Below, piece by piece: positions 13,101 through 26,167 of a stretch of 64,000 bases of DNA (positions are counted from its first letter, which is position 1; each line of letters begins with the position of its first letter). Source of the DNA: Antedon mediterranea (Eukaryota; Animalia; Echinodermata); contig NC_092675.1 of NCBI RefSeq assembly GCF_964355755.1, positions 21,672,912 through 21,736,911 of the forward strand, in the 5' to 3' direction. The translations under genes were made by a program, and so were the position numbers. Under the pieces are notes generated by a model. The model did no database searches, was not told the DNA's origin, and worked only from the letters and a program-made list of their open reading frames with translations.

Positions 13101-13683
13101 AAAATATAATTCTTGAATATGCCATTTTAATGTAGCATAATAGTTATCTACTTCGACCAAAAATTGGATCGAAAAAAAAATGTATTTATCGGAAAAACTA
13201 ATTTAAAGCAAAAAATGGTCAAATTGGCAGCCAGTGGGTTTTTGGTTGAATTTAACTATTTGTTTTATCAGTGTATAAGTGAAAACATAATTTTTTTTTT
13301 TTATGGAAGTGGTATACATATTAAAACTACAAAATAACATATTCAAAGTCTGATTTAATTAATCTTCATTTTTCATGTTTTTTGGGAGACAATACATCTT
13401 TAATAGGTGTTCTACTAACTGTATATGTACAGTACTTGTTTACTGATATTATTACATACCATATAGTAGGTGCTGATTAAGTTTTGAAGAATTTGAGAGA
13501 TTTTCAATGAAAATGGGTTCAATTAATTAAGCAGTGTAGTCAAATAATTTAAGAATATATTCATAAATAGTTCACAATTAGATTATGTTTGAACAAATTA
13601 AAAAAAGCTCACAAAACTATTAACAATTATTTAGACTCATTTAATCATTATTGTCAAAGAATTATGCTCGTTTCCTTTTTTAT

Positions 13684-13725
13684 ATGACATCATTAGCAAT
13701 GCGTTACCTATGGTTGCTAGGCAAC
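13684..13725. promoter_or_regulatory. RFX X-box plus CRE-like site
   Basis: GTTGCTAGGCAAC (13713-13725) preceded by a half-site GTTACC and by ATGACATCAT (13684-13693). Confidence 0.35.
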
Positions 13726-15156
13726 AAAAACATCAACATCTTCGGTATTTAGTGAACTATGTCACTAATAATACTTAATAGCACATTATACAATTTCTTC
13801 CCTCTAGGAATGAAATAGTAAAGAACTATTTGCATTTCAATAGAAAGGTGAAATTTAGACAACAGAAGAGTGAAGTAAAGAATTTTATTTTGCCTTTAGC
13901 CTTCGTTTGTAGATACGTTAAAATTCAACATTAATTAAATTCTGAACATTGTTTATGTAAAATACTGCAATACAATACCAATTTTATTCATGAAACAAGT
14001 AATAATAGTTAATAGTAATACAAAGGAAATTTTAGTTATTTAGGACAAACACAAAAAAAAAACCAATTCTCTAGTTCATGACAAAAAAAATTTTAAACCA
14101 CTCAATTTCCATCAAAGTTTTATGAATACAGACTTTATAACTTATCATTCTAATGTATTACTATCATAAAAAGGAAATCCCTGGCGTAAAAATCTTGAAA
14201 GCAAAGTATAGAATCTTTTATAACTCTTCAGTCATACACAAAAATAATTTCCAATTCATTGTATACCACCTGTGGAGACATTGAAATAAAAATAATTAAA
14301 GCATAAATGTATTTTAATGTTATATGAGGCAATTGACAACAATTGACATGCCTTTCATGTCAATATAATTTTCAAACCTCTCTAGCATCAGTATGCATTA
14401 TGGAAATATTCAATATTCGGTATGTGACTGACTACAGTAAAGTACTACTTGGAAATATCATAATAGAGTCAGTAATTAATGGCATGCACTTAAGCAGAGA
14501 TCTTTTGTGCATTGAAAAGTGAATCAATATCTTATAGCAGGCACATAAACAAATTAGCAACATAAACTGTTGACCTTAAACTTTTTAAACCTGTTACTGT
14601 ATTTCTCTCCTACTGATCCTGTTTCTCTACAAAATTATTTTATGAAAGCTAATAGCTACCTGCCAAGCAATTTTTTTGACATTGTATTAAGAAAAATCCT
14701 TCAACAATTATAGATTGCTAGGTCATTTTGATTGCCTTCAGATCAAACATATTTTTTCGCACACTGTTTATTGAAAATGCTACTGTTTTTCGGTCGGGGA
14801 CAACACTCAAGTAAGACTTACCGTTCTTTATTCAGATGATTTGAAAATTGCTCCCAGAATTTTGATTGGGATTGCTGCTGTGATTCATACTATTAAGGTT
14901 TTGTAATTTTTGTTTTCGTACAGTAAATGTATGATGATGACGACAATAGTAACATTGCAATAGCATGATAGCAATGATATTTCATATGGTTTTTGAATAA
15001 ATTTAGGATAATTAATTTGTATATTCTCATGCATATTTGGTACCGTCTGTTCACATAAGTTTTTTCCCTCCTGTCCAGATGTATGTAGTAAATACTGGCC
15101 AACACAAAAGTAAACAAATTCAATAATAAACAAATTAAAATTACTGATTTTTGCAT

Positions 15157-15176
15157 ATGATGTGTTTGAGAATTAC
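15157..15176 (+). CDS. Weak candidate alternative first coding exon of MELK (MMCLRI+T)
   Basis: ATG ATG TGT TTG AGA ATT AC|GTAAGT, phase 2; short, could be chance. Confidence 0.2.
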
Positions 15177-18084
15177 GTAAGTAGTACCTGACCCATGACC
15201 CCATCTGATGCTTGTAGTTCATGACTTCAACATCAAGATTTGATTGAGGTTCAGAAGCAGGTACTACACTTCTACATTGTTGTATCCGCATGACTGATTT
15301 ATGGTAGTACAATTATTATTTTACACTAATAGTAATACTTACTTAAAGCCTTTTATCTTTACCTACTGTATTTCTCTACTGTATTGTTGATTGGGTTGGC
15401 CCATTTATGTCTTAAAGCAGACAATTAACGATATGAAGACACTTTAAAGTGAAACCCCTTTTATATGCTGAATAAGTAACTAGCAATTAATTTTATTAAA
15501 AGGATTATGTCAATATTGTTTAACACTTAGCTATGAAATTCTACCTTTCACTGTAGGTCATATGGTTTAATGACATTTCCTTTAACAAAATCGTTATTAT
15601 AAATATTCAAATGATTAGTATTAATGAATTTTTTTTTTTTTTTAAATTGATTAATTATATGGAAACTCTGTATTGAATATTAAACAATTTGCATTGAATA
15701 CAATACAAAGACAACACATTGGATATGTACAGTATTGGGTTTAACTCTTTTATACCAAGCAACACTCGTGGTTTGGGCTGATATATGTCCGTTTTTCTGG
15801 TATTCTGAATGTGTGTTTATGGTTTAAGAATTTTAGATCTTTTTTTACCTCAAGAGAAGTGTGATTTCCGGTATTTGAAGAGTTGACTGTATTGTATATT
15901 ATTTATTTAGGTCACAAGCCATAGGCCCTACATGCGCGCCCACAAACTCAAGGAGTTCTAATCTATATTTATATTAATCATAATTATTATTTGGATGTTT
16001 AAAATATTTTTTATAAAGGACGATACATTGTTTATTACAATAGCCTATATCTCAGTTAAACATTTGGTGACTTTAATTATAGCTTCTGTAACCACCCCAA
16101 ATCAAAAATTGGAATAATAGGCAAGTTCAATTGTCACAAACAGGTTTGTAAAAAGTGCAAGTGTATGACTAGAATAAGAAGTAGCCAATTTATATAAAGT
16201 ACAAACGTCAATCTAGTATATTGTAAATTTACTACAAATTTGTGCTTACGTATAACTTGTTATTGTAGAGTTTACTAAATGTCACTATTTTAATTTATCA
16301 CACGTAATAAATTTATTTTATACGTTTGTGTACATTGTCATCATGTAATCGGGAATTAGTTGCTTTGTGATTCAATGCTTTAATGTTTAGGGTCAACAAC
16401 ATGATTTAATATAAAGTTTGTAGAGAATTATTAGTATGACATTATTATTTAATGATGAAAATTTGTTTTTTTTTATGGAGTTTTGTTTTCTGAGAAAAGG
16501 TGCAAACTATTGTTGTTTCACAAAATTCTATTTTTTTTTAAAACATACTCATCAACAATCATCAATGTGCAATTTACCACCTAATCATCAGGAGAGATAA
16601 AAATAATACTTGCCATGTGATATAATCAACCAATCAAATGGCAAGCAGTGTTTATAACAGGATATAAATACTGTATAATGTCTACTGTATAATTAGTCTT
16701 AATATGAAAAGGTAAAATAATGAATGTTCTTTTCTCCCAATAGATTGGAATTTGCTGATCTGTGAAATCGTAATATTAACTGTGCCTCACTATCAAACAA
16801 ACTTTTTGTCAGGAGAATTGTAAGTATTAAATAGATTCTATCACTAAAATGAAATATTATATAGTAACAGTAATTTTTTGTTTTCATACATTTATTAATC
16901 TCATAGAAAGCAACTAGGCAAGGGAAAAGACCTGAATATTTTGTGGATCAAACCACATAAAACATAAATAAGACAAATATCAATTAGACTGGCATGGGAT
17001 AAAGCACAGGCTTGAGAGGCCCTGGTTTAAGGATCCTAAATGGATCTCCAACCTTTTTCAACATACGGTATTTGAATTCCTGTTTTTTTTTTTCTGCCCG
17101 CTTCGGCTATGTCCTGGGTTCAAATCCCATCAGATGTCTTTCGTTGGACGACACTCCCAAAAATTTGCTTCAAGTATTTGAAACGAAATGCAACATTTCT
17201 GGAGGCCAATGACTTTTCAATAGATAAATACTCTTTTCTTGGTATCATGGTAATTTTTAGTGAAACATGAATGATTACAAAGCACAATCTGTATTTACTG
17301 GGTTTGCAGTGGCATTATAAAATGACAAATTTACATTTTGAGTTTGGATTTCATTGAATCCATCAACAAATATTTATATATACAAATTAACATTCTGTTT
17401 TCGGTTTTCATTATTCTTGTAAGAAATTGGTCATTCGAAATCCTCAAATATTCATAAAATGATGGAATATTTTTTTTCCAGAAACAAATACCTCGCACTA
17501 ACAAATCTGGGTTGTCCCAACAACCTCCGGAAAGCATCATTATAACAAACTTTGTCCCCCCTACCTGACAATGGGACAGTCTGTATCTTGTATCTGTGAG
17601 ACAAAACATTATGTAAACTTGTAAAGTAAATATGACATTTTAAGAATGAAAAGTACAAACTTGCAATACTAATAAACACTCTTGCGCTAGCCATACATTA
17701 CTTCAAAAGGTTGTTAATTGCTTAGAGATCAGCAATAAAGAAAATAAATATCTATGTTATGGGGTTCACATGTTTACAAACTGCACTGTAGAAAATATTA
17801 GTTGTAGTCAAATTTAATATGAAATGGTTGATAGGAAGCTAAATTTGTTTACTCATCAACTGACAAAAAAAAAATCTGATCTCCAAACGGTAAACCAGCA
17901 TATTGTAATGTTTATTAAATGTTCAATATTTGATGATACAGTAGTATTAGAAACCGAGTTGACATTTTATTCAAATGCAGCACAAGAATACCTTCAAATT
18001 ATCGCAATTTATCATCTGCTGCAATATCAAGTTTAAGATAACACACACTGCTGTTGTTCCTGCAACATAAAAAATATTTAAGGG

Positions 18085-18552
18085 GACAGCTGACATGCTG
18101 AGCCCTTGTAGCAGTATTCTGTATTTAAGGAGGAGATACTGTACTGTAGTTGACATGCTGAGTCCTTGCAGCAGTACTCTGTATTTAAGGAAGAGATAGA
18201 TGGCATGCTGAGGCCTTGTAGCAGTATTCTGTATACAGGGGAGATAGCTGACATGCTGAGCCCTTGTAGCAGTATTCTGTACTTAAGGGGGAGATAGATG
18301 ACATGCTGAGCCCTTGTAGCAGTATTCTGTACTTAAGGGGAGATAGCTGACATGCTGAGCCCTTGTAGCAGTATTCTGTATAAAGGGGAGATAGCTGACA
18401 TGCTGAGCCCTTGTAGCAGTATTCTGTATTTAAGGGGGAAACACTAGCTGACATGCTGAGCCCTTGCAGTAGCATTCTGTATAAAGGGGAGATAGCTGAC
18501 ATGCTGAGCCCTTGTAGCAGTATTCTGTATAAGGAAAGATAGCTAACATGCT
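18085..18552. repeat. Minisatellite, ~49-bp unit, ~10 copies
   Basis: Unit AGCTGACATGCTGAGCCCTTGTAGCAGTATTCTGTA(T/C)TTAAGGGGAGAT; spacings 48-60 bp. Confidence 0.95.
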
Positions 18553-19724
18553 TCATTTACTTTACTCAGCTGTTTTTTTAAAACACTTTACAATAACATT
18601 CCTGTACTATTATACAGCTATATGATATCTAGTGATAAAATGCCTTGAGTGATCCATTCATTTGTCAAAAAATATACTGTTATAAATATACAGTGTATTT
18701 AAGTTAAAACATGCAAATCATGAAATGCATTGTCAATGTGTACCATCTAATTTATCAATTCAAAATTAATATTTTTTAAATAACATGCATTCAATACAAA
18801 ATTTGATTTATTAATACTGTTATTGTACATTCATCACTCAATGATAATTTTAAAGTGGTACAGAATAGTTTAGGTACAATTACTATAGATAAACTTTATT
18901 TCATCATTCACAGAAATTTACATGATTAATTTAAACAAATGTTCTTTAAATATTTTGAATAAATGTTTAAATTTTATTATCTAGTTGATTTTAAAAGTTA
19001 ATTTTATTCAATAAATTATTTTAGTTTAAAAATGTTCCAACAGTGATTTAATGCTTCTAAATGAAAAAATTTCAGAGATTTTCTTCGAGACAAATAATCA
19101 GTTATTTGTCATTTCTTGGTTCTCTCTAATAAACATAAATGGTTTTTATGCTTCTTGATTTATTTGCCTTAAACCCTTAGTAATCATAAATATATATTAT
19201 GTAGCTCATTTTACATAAATAATTGAGTTGTCAATGCGTTGGATGTGAAGTCAGGGATTTGAAGTGCAATATAAGATTGAAACTGAAATCTTCATACACA
19301 TCATTTGGCAAAAAAAATATTTACCATAGAGAAAAAGGATAGTTTGACAATGATAAATTGACAGCCAAAACGAAAACATTGTTTATTGAACGGACTACTC
19401 TTTACATACATCTCCCAGAGAACCCCTTCTGAAACAAGCTTCCCAGCCTAAAGGGATATCCTCTGCTATACCATAAATGTATAATTATTTAGTTTCTGTA
19501 TGATTTTGTTAATTTCAAATTATAATGTATTGTATATTTATAGCAATAAATATTACAAACAAACAATGTGCTTTGGAATATTGCCCATACCCGAGTTTCC
19601 AAATACCCATTTTTTCAGCCATAGTAAACATAAGCTTCCGCGTGTTTCCTATGCTTTCGTCCTCTTGAATATAACTGCCTAAATGTACTGTACTGTAGAA
19701 CCAGTGTACACATTTCCTCAGGTA

Positions 19725-19960
19725 AGGTGAGTCCCGTGTTCTCTGAACGTAGGGGAATGAGCTGTTAGGAGCTCATTGTACTAAGCCTCGGCATTATGTG
19801 GTAGGGTGGCCAGTTCCTTTCCACGCCGCCTTTTTTCTCCCTAGTATTTTCAACCAGGTACTCATTTTACAGCTGAGTGGACTGGGAGTTGTCGGGCATT
19901 GAACTCGGGTCTATCTATACGACAGTCAAGTGTCCTAACCACTCGGCTATCCAACTCCCA
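19725..19960 (-). mobile_element. tRNA-derived SINE
   Basis: Minus strand starts TAGCCGAGTGGTTAGG (A box) ... CCGAGTTCAATGCCC (B-box-like), followed by central CCACTCAGCTGTAAAATGAGTACCTG, a motif typical of invertebrate SINE bodies. Confidence 0.7.
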
Positions 19961-22200
19961 ACTTTTTAGAAGAGAAAGTTAGAGTATAATAGTAATACTT
20001 TAGTTTTTTAGTTAATGAGAGAATGGCAAGGAGGAGGATGTCATTTGAATGCTACATCCAACATGTAGAATGTACACATTTCAAATGAATTTTGTCCAAG
20101 ATTGTCTGTCTGTTGTTGATACAATGAGTGAAAAATATATTTTTTTATTAATATTATACTGTACTGTATAATGAACATTGTTTCTTTATGTCTACTTTTG
20201 TTCATCTGTACTGTAGGTATCAATTGCAAAACTGTTACCAAAATTTAAATTACCGGGATAAAAAACAGCATATATATGTATGACATGTTGTCAGTAACAG
20301 AATTCGAGTACGTCGGTATATCTATTATGTACTGTATGATATGTGGCTGGTATTGTTCTATTCGGGTTATTTTACTTGCTACTATGATACTCGATAGATA
20401 CAACCGACAGTGTGAATTATTAAATCAATATCATACACACAAGCCTAGTGCTTGTCATCTCTTTAACACCTGGTCTAATTAATATTTTGTTGTACATTGC
20501 CTTTTTACTTTAAGGTAACGTCGTTAAAGAAGCCAAAATGTTAATTTCCGAAACCCACGTGTTATAATTATTATTGATTGGTTTTCTATAATTTTTATTT
20601 TGTTTTGCAATTTAGTTTTTAGAGTTCGGTAGTTATTTTTGGTGCAATTTTAGAGTAAACTACAGTATGCAGTTTATTTCGTGCCTAGCTTACCTAGAAA
20701 AAGACTAGAAGACAAGAAAGCAAATTGACTATAGGCATATCCAAGTGAGGACGTCGTTGGTGGATTAGTCTATTATTGTAGAAGGGTGTTATTTTTTGTA
20801 TAACAAGTATTTGTTGTACTATTGTATAACAGCGCTCATCATGACTACAACCAATTGTAAAATAATTTGTGTATTTTTCTTTATACTATGCATGCTATGC
20901 TAAATTTACTATAAATACTGTAGGCTTATAGTTTATAGTATAACTGCTGATTCAAATTACTTTTTCTCATATTTTACATAAAAAAACCGAAAAAAAAGAA
21001 TAATTTTCAGCTAGGTATAGCATATGATAATGTGCTTCATATTTAATTAAATTGTTTAGTCAATATGCATTTTTATGATCTAATCTCATATGGTATGATA
21101 TAAAGTTTCAAGTTTTAATCAAAAATTAATTGGTCTTGGTGTGTATTTTTAATAATTATTTTCTGACTTTAATTAAATTAAATTCCAGATCATCCACTAA
21201 CTCATATGGCTTGGTAGATAATAAAAATAATCAATTTTGCCAAGGGAGGATATTATGTACCAAAGTAATTTAATGTTGGAATAGCAAATGTAATTTTGTA
21301 CGCAACGCAGCCTTGTTTTTTTTTATTACATAAAAATGTAAATCAATTAGTGTTATTGATAAACTTCATCAGGAAAAATTAATTCATTTTATAACTATTT
21401 TATGAATTATTTCTACCTATAGTGCAATATTAAGGGAAAATATAGCGGCATAATATAAAATTAATAGAAATTCTACCAAGAAATATACATACATAAGAAA
21501 AGAGAGAATGATGATTGAGATAATATGACGTCCTCAAACGTCTTTGGTTTTTCTTTTTTTCTGTTTGTAAAGTGATGTATTGTATGTGTTTGATAAAATG
21601 AAAAAATAAAAGTTTTTGAAAAAGAAAAAAAAAAGAAATATACATGCTTTTAAGAGAAGAACCAGTACATTAGTGTTACTGTCAGTACAACTGTAATAGA
21701 CAATCACATCATATAATTTTTTTTACGCACACTGAAATTCATTCACTATTTATTAATATGTTTTATGCATATACTTTAAAATCTCTCCTTTAGAACATCC
21801 CTATTGTGAAAAAGACACCTATTAATAAAAGTGGACACAAACAAAAAATGGGAAATGTGTTTCAATGCTCAGCCAACAACTACACAGGACACCCAATTGT
21901 GTCACCTTAATTAGAGTTCTAAATGTATCTTTAATAACATCTCTATATTGTCATTATCTTTAATTTGTTATTGTATAGTATAGCAAGAAAAATTGTGACA
22001 GTGAAAGTATTGTATCTTGAATTTATGTAAATTTTCGAATGAATGTCTAGAAAATATTAGTAGCAGCATCATATTTCGTGCATCTACTATGGTTAGTACT
22101 GTTGTTGATTGCCAAATTTAGATTTCAAATCTAGAGTGTTTAAATGATGCCATAACTAATTAAGGTCTAATGGATATTCCATCACCTTTGTGATGTGATG

Positions 22201-22922
22201 TTTTACCTCCACCAAGGAGGTATATGTAGTCGATCGCGTTTGTCTGTCTGTTTGTTTGTTTGTTAGCAGGATTACTCAAAAAAAGTAATTACAAGATCTT
22301 TACCAAAATGAAAATACAGATAAATATGTGGTCAAGGACCATTCCATTTTGGAATTCTGGACCACTTTTTAGTATAATTTTCAGACCTACTAGACAGAAT
22401 TTTCAAAAGCCAGCAAGTAGTCTTAAAGTAACAAGTAAACTGAAATTTAATTTCTTAACTTAATTAATAAAAAACTTAATTTTTGTACAAGAGGCAAGAG
22501 TAGGAATTTTAATTTGTAATTTTAAAACATAAATTGATTTAATTTACTGGTTTTTTGATACGAGTAGTTTTAAAAAACCTATTTCTTTTCTAATTCACCC
22601 GTTTGTTTTTGGCGTTGCTGTTCTATTGTTAGTCAAAAGAATCTATTGTTAGTTGAAAGGCATGGTTACATAACCATTACATTTTAGTGCCTTGAGCACT
22701 TTCAGTGGATATGTGCGCTATATAAATTGTTATTGTATTATTATTATATTACACCAAATTCGCATACACATGCTTGTACTGTATTGAAATTAGCCTAAAT
22801 CACACACAGCATTAAGACACACACAAATATTATATACCGGTACTGTATATTTTCCTGGAGAAATCTTACATAGGAGAATTTTACAGTAGGCAGAGGTATG
22901 CACTGTCAGTGGCTTTCTAGTT
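22201..22922 (+). mobile_element. Helentron-associated non-autonomous element (HINE/DINE-1-like), decayed, with a nested L2/SINE-type tail at ~22688-22748
   Basis: 5' TTACCTCCACCAAGGAGGT plus (GTCT)(GTTT) microsatellite; 3' GGCAGAGGTATGCACTGTCAGTGGCTTTCTAGTT (sub-TIR, small hairpin, CTAG, T-run). Confidence 0.6.
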
Positions 22923-24143
22923 TATTTTTTTATATACAAACAATACAGTAGTACAGTACATAATAATTATATTTAATAAATTTAAATTTACATATCACAA
23001 TCTAGTTTACATTGTCTCTTTAAACATTTTTTTTTACAATTTTTAAACAATTCTATTTACAAAAAATTCAGATTTCAGACAAATTTGGTACATTATTTTC
23101 AAATATTTAGTCTCATATATATACAGTATTTGTATTTCTTATTAAATATTATTTACTTTGTTTAAACAATTTTAATATGATCGATGTAGGTTATAAGCTA
23201 TATGAATATTAATTTAAACCGCCACACGTTAAGCATTCAATGTGGAATATAATTATCTTATTTAAAATATTGATGATACTAAAGCAAAAATAAAATCAGA
23301 TTTTGAGTTATATATTAATTAATCCTTACTTTTCACCTGATAAACTTTGTCAGAAATGAGGTCACAAATTTCTGATGTCTTCCAACAACAATTGTGAAGC
23401 AAAGTATTTACAATAAACCTAACAAATATTCTGTTTTATGATCACTTCAAGTAAAATCTGATAAACTTCTCTTGTATTATCTTGAATATCAAATGTAGGT
23501 CAACAAATATAAGGAAAAAGAAAGTTAGAAACTAAATATTGCTGGAATGACAGATACATTAAAATTCAACAGATACACAATTATCGACCATTCATGTATA
23601 TCATCATTCAGGGAAAATGAATAATTTGCATAGCATCGATTGTGATGATAAAATCATTGAATTTATGAATGCTTTCTGCTTCTTCTATGTCATGTTTCAT
23701 TTTATTAATCAGAAATTACCTTTTTTTCCTCAATACCATTCTTAATAAAGCTCCCACATTTTATATTTATTTATTTATTTAAGTTTATCTCTTGTCCTTT
23801 AATTCTCTACCATCCTTTTTTACCTATTTTGTGAATGGTGAGGTCCACCTGAGCCACTCTCTTGGAGGGGTGCTTAAGGTTTTTATTACTTTTCCAGTTA
23901 TGTTCTCCTTTTGGAGAGGAAAAGGTCTAATGTCGGTTTATCCAGGTAAATATCAATTATTGATTACCAACACCACTTTTGGTTTAGTTTATTTAATTAT
24001 GTATTTTCCTTTTTCTTCTTCTCAATCTTGTTTCTTAGCCTGACTTTCTCATTGTCTCTTCTCTTATAAATTTTCTTCACATTCTTTGTTATATTGTACT
24101 GTGTATTGTGATATTTTGTATTTTAATCCAGACCTTTTTATTT

Positions 24144-24187
24144 GAATTGCCCCATGTGGGATGATTAAAGAATTTTGAATTGAATTA
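24144..24187 (+). mobile_element. LINE (L2/Rex1-like) 3' terminus
   Basis: GAATTGCCCCATGTGGGATGATTAAAG stem-loop followed by (TGAAT)n tail. Confidence 0.45.
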
Positions 24188-24494
24188 ATACAATGTTTCC
24201 TATTCATATACATATTTGGAAGCTCTTTTATTTTGAAATCTATTGTTACTGTACATCCAAGGGTTTTGTATTGGCTTTCTTAAGTGTGAATGTGTACACA
24301 ACATCAGAGGAAATCAATGCTTTGTGTATGGTCGTTTCTTTTTATTGACTTCTAATAAAATATTAATGCAAGAATATGGCGACTGTATGTATTACTATAA
24401 ATAGGGAAACGAGTAAAATGAAGTATATATTTTAGATGCAAATCATTACATTATGTTTCAGCTTCAGAGGCTGGATTATTGATATATATATATA

Positions 24495-25175
24495 TCGTGA
24501 ATAAAAATACTGAAAGATGAGGGCGTATTAATTTGATCTCTGTTGCGCGTGCGTACAACTGAGGACTAGTGCTGTTCCGCCGTACCACGCCGAGAATGTT
24601 AAAGAGTTGCTATCCAATCGAGTTCGAACAATACCATGAAAGCCCCAGTGGTCTAATGGTTAGATCATCTGCATATCAAACAGGCGGTTCGAGTCTCGGT
24701 TGGGGCGACCTTTTCTCATTCTCACAGATTTCCTCATCTTTATCGTTTCAAATTAATTAATTAAATTTCAGTATATCACCGGGCGGTTTAGAATTAATGT
24801 TCTTTGCCTGTTGTGTTTATATATACAAAAGTATCTCTTCGGAGATCCCGCCTCGTGAATAAAAATACTGAAAGATGAGGGCGTATCAATTTGATCTCTG
24901 TTGCACGTGCGTACAACTGACGACTAGTGCTGTTCCGCCGTACCACGCCGAGAATGTTAAAGAGTCGCTATCCAATCGAGTTCGAACAATACCATGAAAG
25001 CCCCAGTGGTCTACTGTAATAATTAGGACATCTGCATATCAAGCCGAGTTCGAGTCTTGATTGGGGCAACTTTTTCTCATTCTCACAGATTTCCTTATCT
25101 TTATCGTTTCAAATTAATTAATTAAATTTCAGTATATCACCGGGCGGTTTAGAATTAATGTTCTTTGCCTGTTGT

Positions 25176-25180
<5 letters not shown>
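24495..25180 (+). mobile_element. Two tandem copies (358-bp period) of a repeat with an internal tRNA-like segment, flanked by (TA)n; partial copies at ~27780-27910 (-) and ~30975-31170 (-)
   Basis: TCGTGAATAAAAATACTGAAAG starts at 24495 and 24853; tRNA-like GCCCCAGTGGTCTAATGG...GGTTCGAGTC...TTGGGGC at 24642-24706 and 25000-25067. Confidence 0.85.

Positions 25181-25221
<41 letters not shown>
25179..25221. repeat. (TA)n microsatellite
   Basis: Uninterrupted TA run of ~21 units. Confidence 0.95.
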
Positions 25222-25224
<3 letters not shown>

Positions 25225-25226
<2 letters not shown>

Positions 25227-25403
25227 TATATAAATCCAAAGGCAAATTACTGAAAAATGACAATGCTGTGGGTATCAGTGGCTAAATCTCAATAGATAGA
25301 GATACAAAAAAAAAAGCGAAAAGCTAAATCAAAAGAATAAAGTAAAACAGCCAGAAAAATTAGCAGAGCTTTCGGGCAACACTAGCCCTTCATCAGTGCA
25401 AGT
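25225..25403 (-). mobile_element. Penelope-like element terminal (pseudo-LTR-like) fragment
   Basis: Carries a minimal hammerhead motif, abuts a (TA)n tract, and has a second copy at 60535-60699 (+). Confidence 0.65.
25363..25399 (-). ncRNA. Minimal type I hammerhead ribozyme motif
   Basis: Minus strand GCA-CTGATGA-A-GGGC tagtgtt GCCC-GAAA-GC-TC/TGC: intact CUGANGA and GAAA cores, 4-bp stem II, vestigial palindromic stem III (AGCT), CUC cleavage triplet, GCA/TGC stem I. Confidence 0.7.
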
Positions 25404-25406
25404 GTA

Positions 25407-25810
25407 TATTGATTTTTCATACAGGATTTGTATCGCACAGCCTCATTCAATATATGTATTTGTTTTAATATTAGAGAGTAATAGGGATTAATGATAGGAA
25501 TCAGATTAGCATATGTAAAAGTGGCATGGGTTCGAGCCTACCTGTGTTCATTGATAGGCAAGATACGCTCATTGCCTTGTCCTTTGGATTGGACATAAAG
25601 TGTACATATAGTGCGTGTCAACATTTCAAAATGTTGATCTTGGTATGCGATGCACTGCTGGGTGCAATGGGTCCGTAGATGGCCTGGTTTCACACTGGTA
25701 ATTGTGTTCACTTGGGTAAAATTATCTGTGCAGCTCAGGCAAATTGACTGAGAGATGCACTTCGAGTGCAAATGAGGCTGTGTGATACAATCCTGTATGA
25801 AAAATCAATA
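25407..25810. mobile_element. MITE with ~40-bp TIRs, superfamily not assigned
   Basis: TATTGATTTTTCATACAGGATTTGTATCGCACAGCCTCATT versus AATGAGGCTGTGTGATACAATCCTGTATGAAAAATCAATA (25771-25810); two differences. Confidence 0.85.
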
Positions 25811-26167
25811 ATGTATTTTGACTTTAAGATTTATAAGTGCCAACCTGCAGGCATACTTTGACCTACTACTGTATGTATTGATAGTTGACACAAATTAACT
25901 TTTGACATACAGGTCTTAAACAGCTGACCTTTTTATTTAATTTTTTTATTTACTACTGTTCTACACTTTGCCTTGTAAATATAGTAAATTATAATTTGAT
26001 AGATATTAATATTTTTAATTACTTATTAAAAGATACCAGAGCTGTATGTATACTGTATCTTATTAAAAATTTCATTTACTAACATTGTATACTTTAGTGA
26101 CGTGCGTATATATTTAATGATAATATTTAATAAAATAATTATGATTTATTATCATTCATAAACTTAA

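Noticed and set aside
14777-14810. aaaATG...CAA|GTAAGA mini-exon (MLLFFGRGQHS)
   Set aside because: Phase 1, so out of frame with acceptor 55564.
14893-15312. 139-aa minus-strand ORF
   Set aside because: No recognisable domain or splice structure; composition typical of AT-rich non-coding DNA.
18185-18556. 123-aa repetitive ORF; likewise ORFs at 42262-42922 and 51551-52122
   Set aside because: Translations of minisatellites with shifting frames.
24642-24706. Functional tRNA gene
   Set aside because: Only 65 nt, variable region/T-stem truncated, atypical anticodon loop ATATCAA, embedded in a dispersed repeat.
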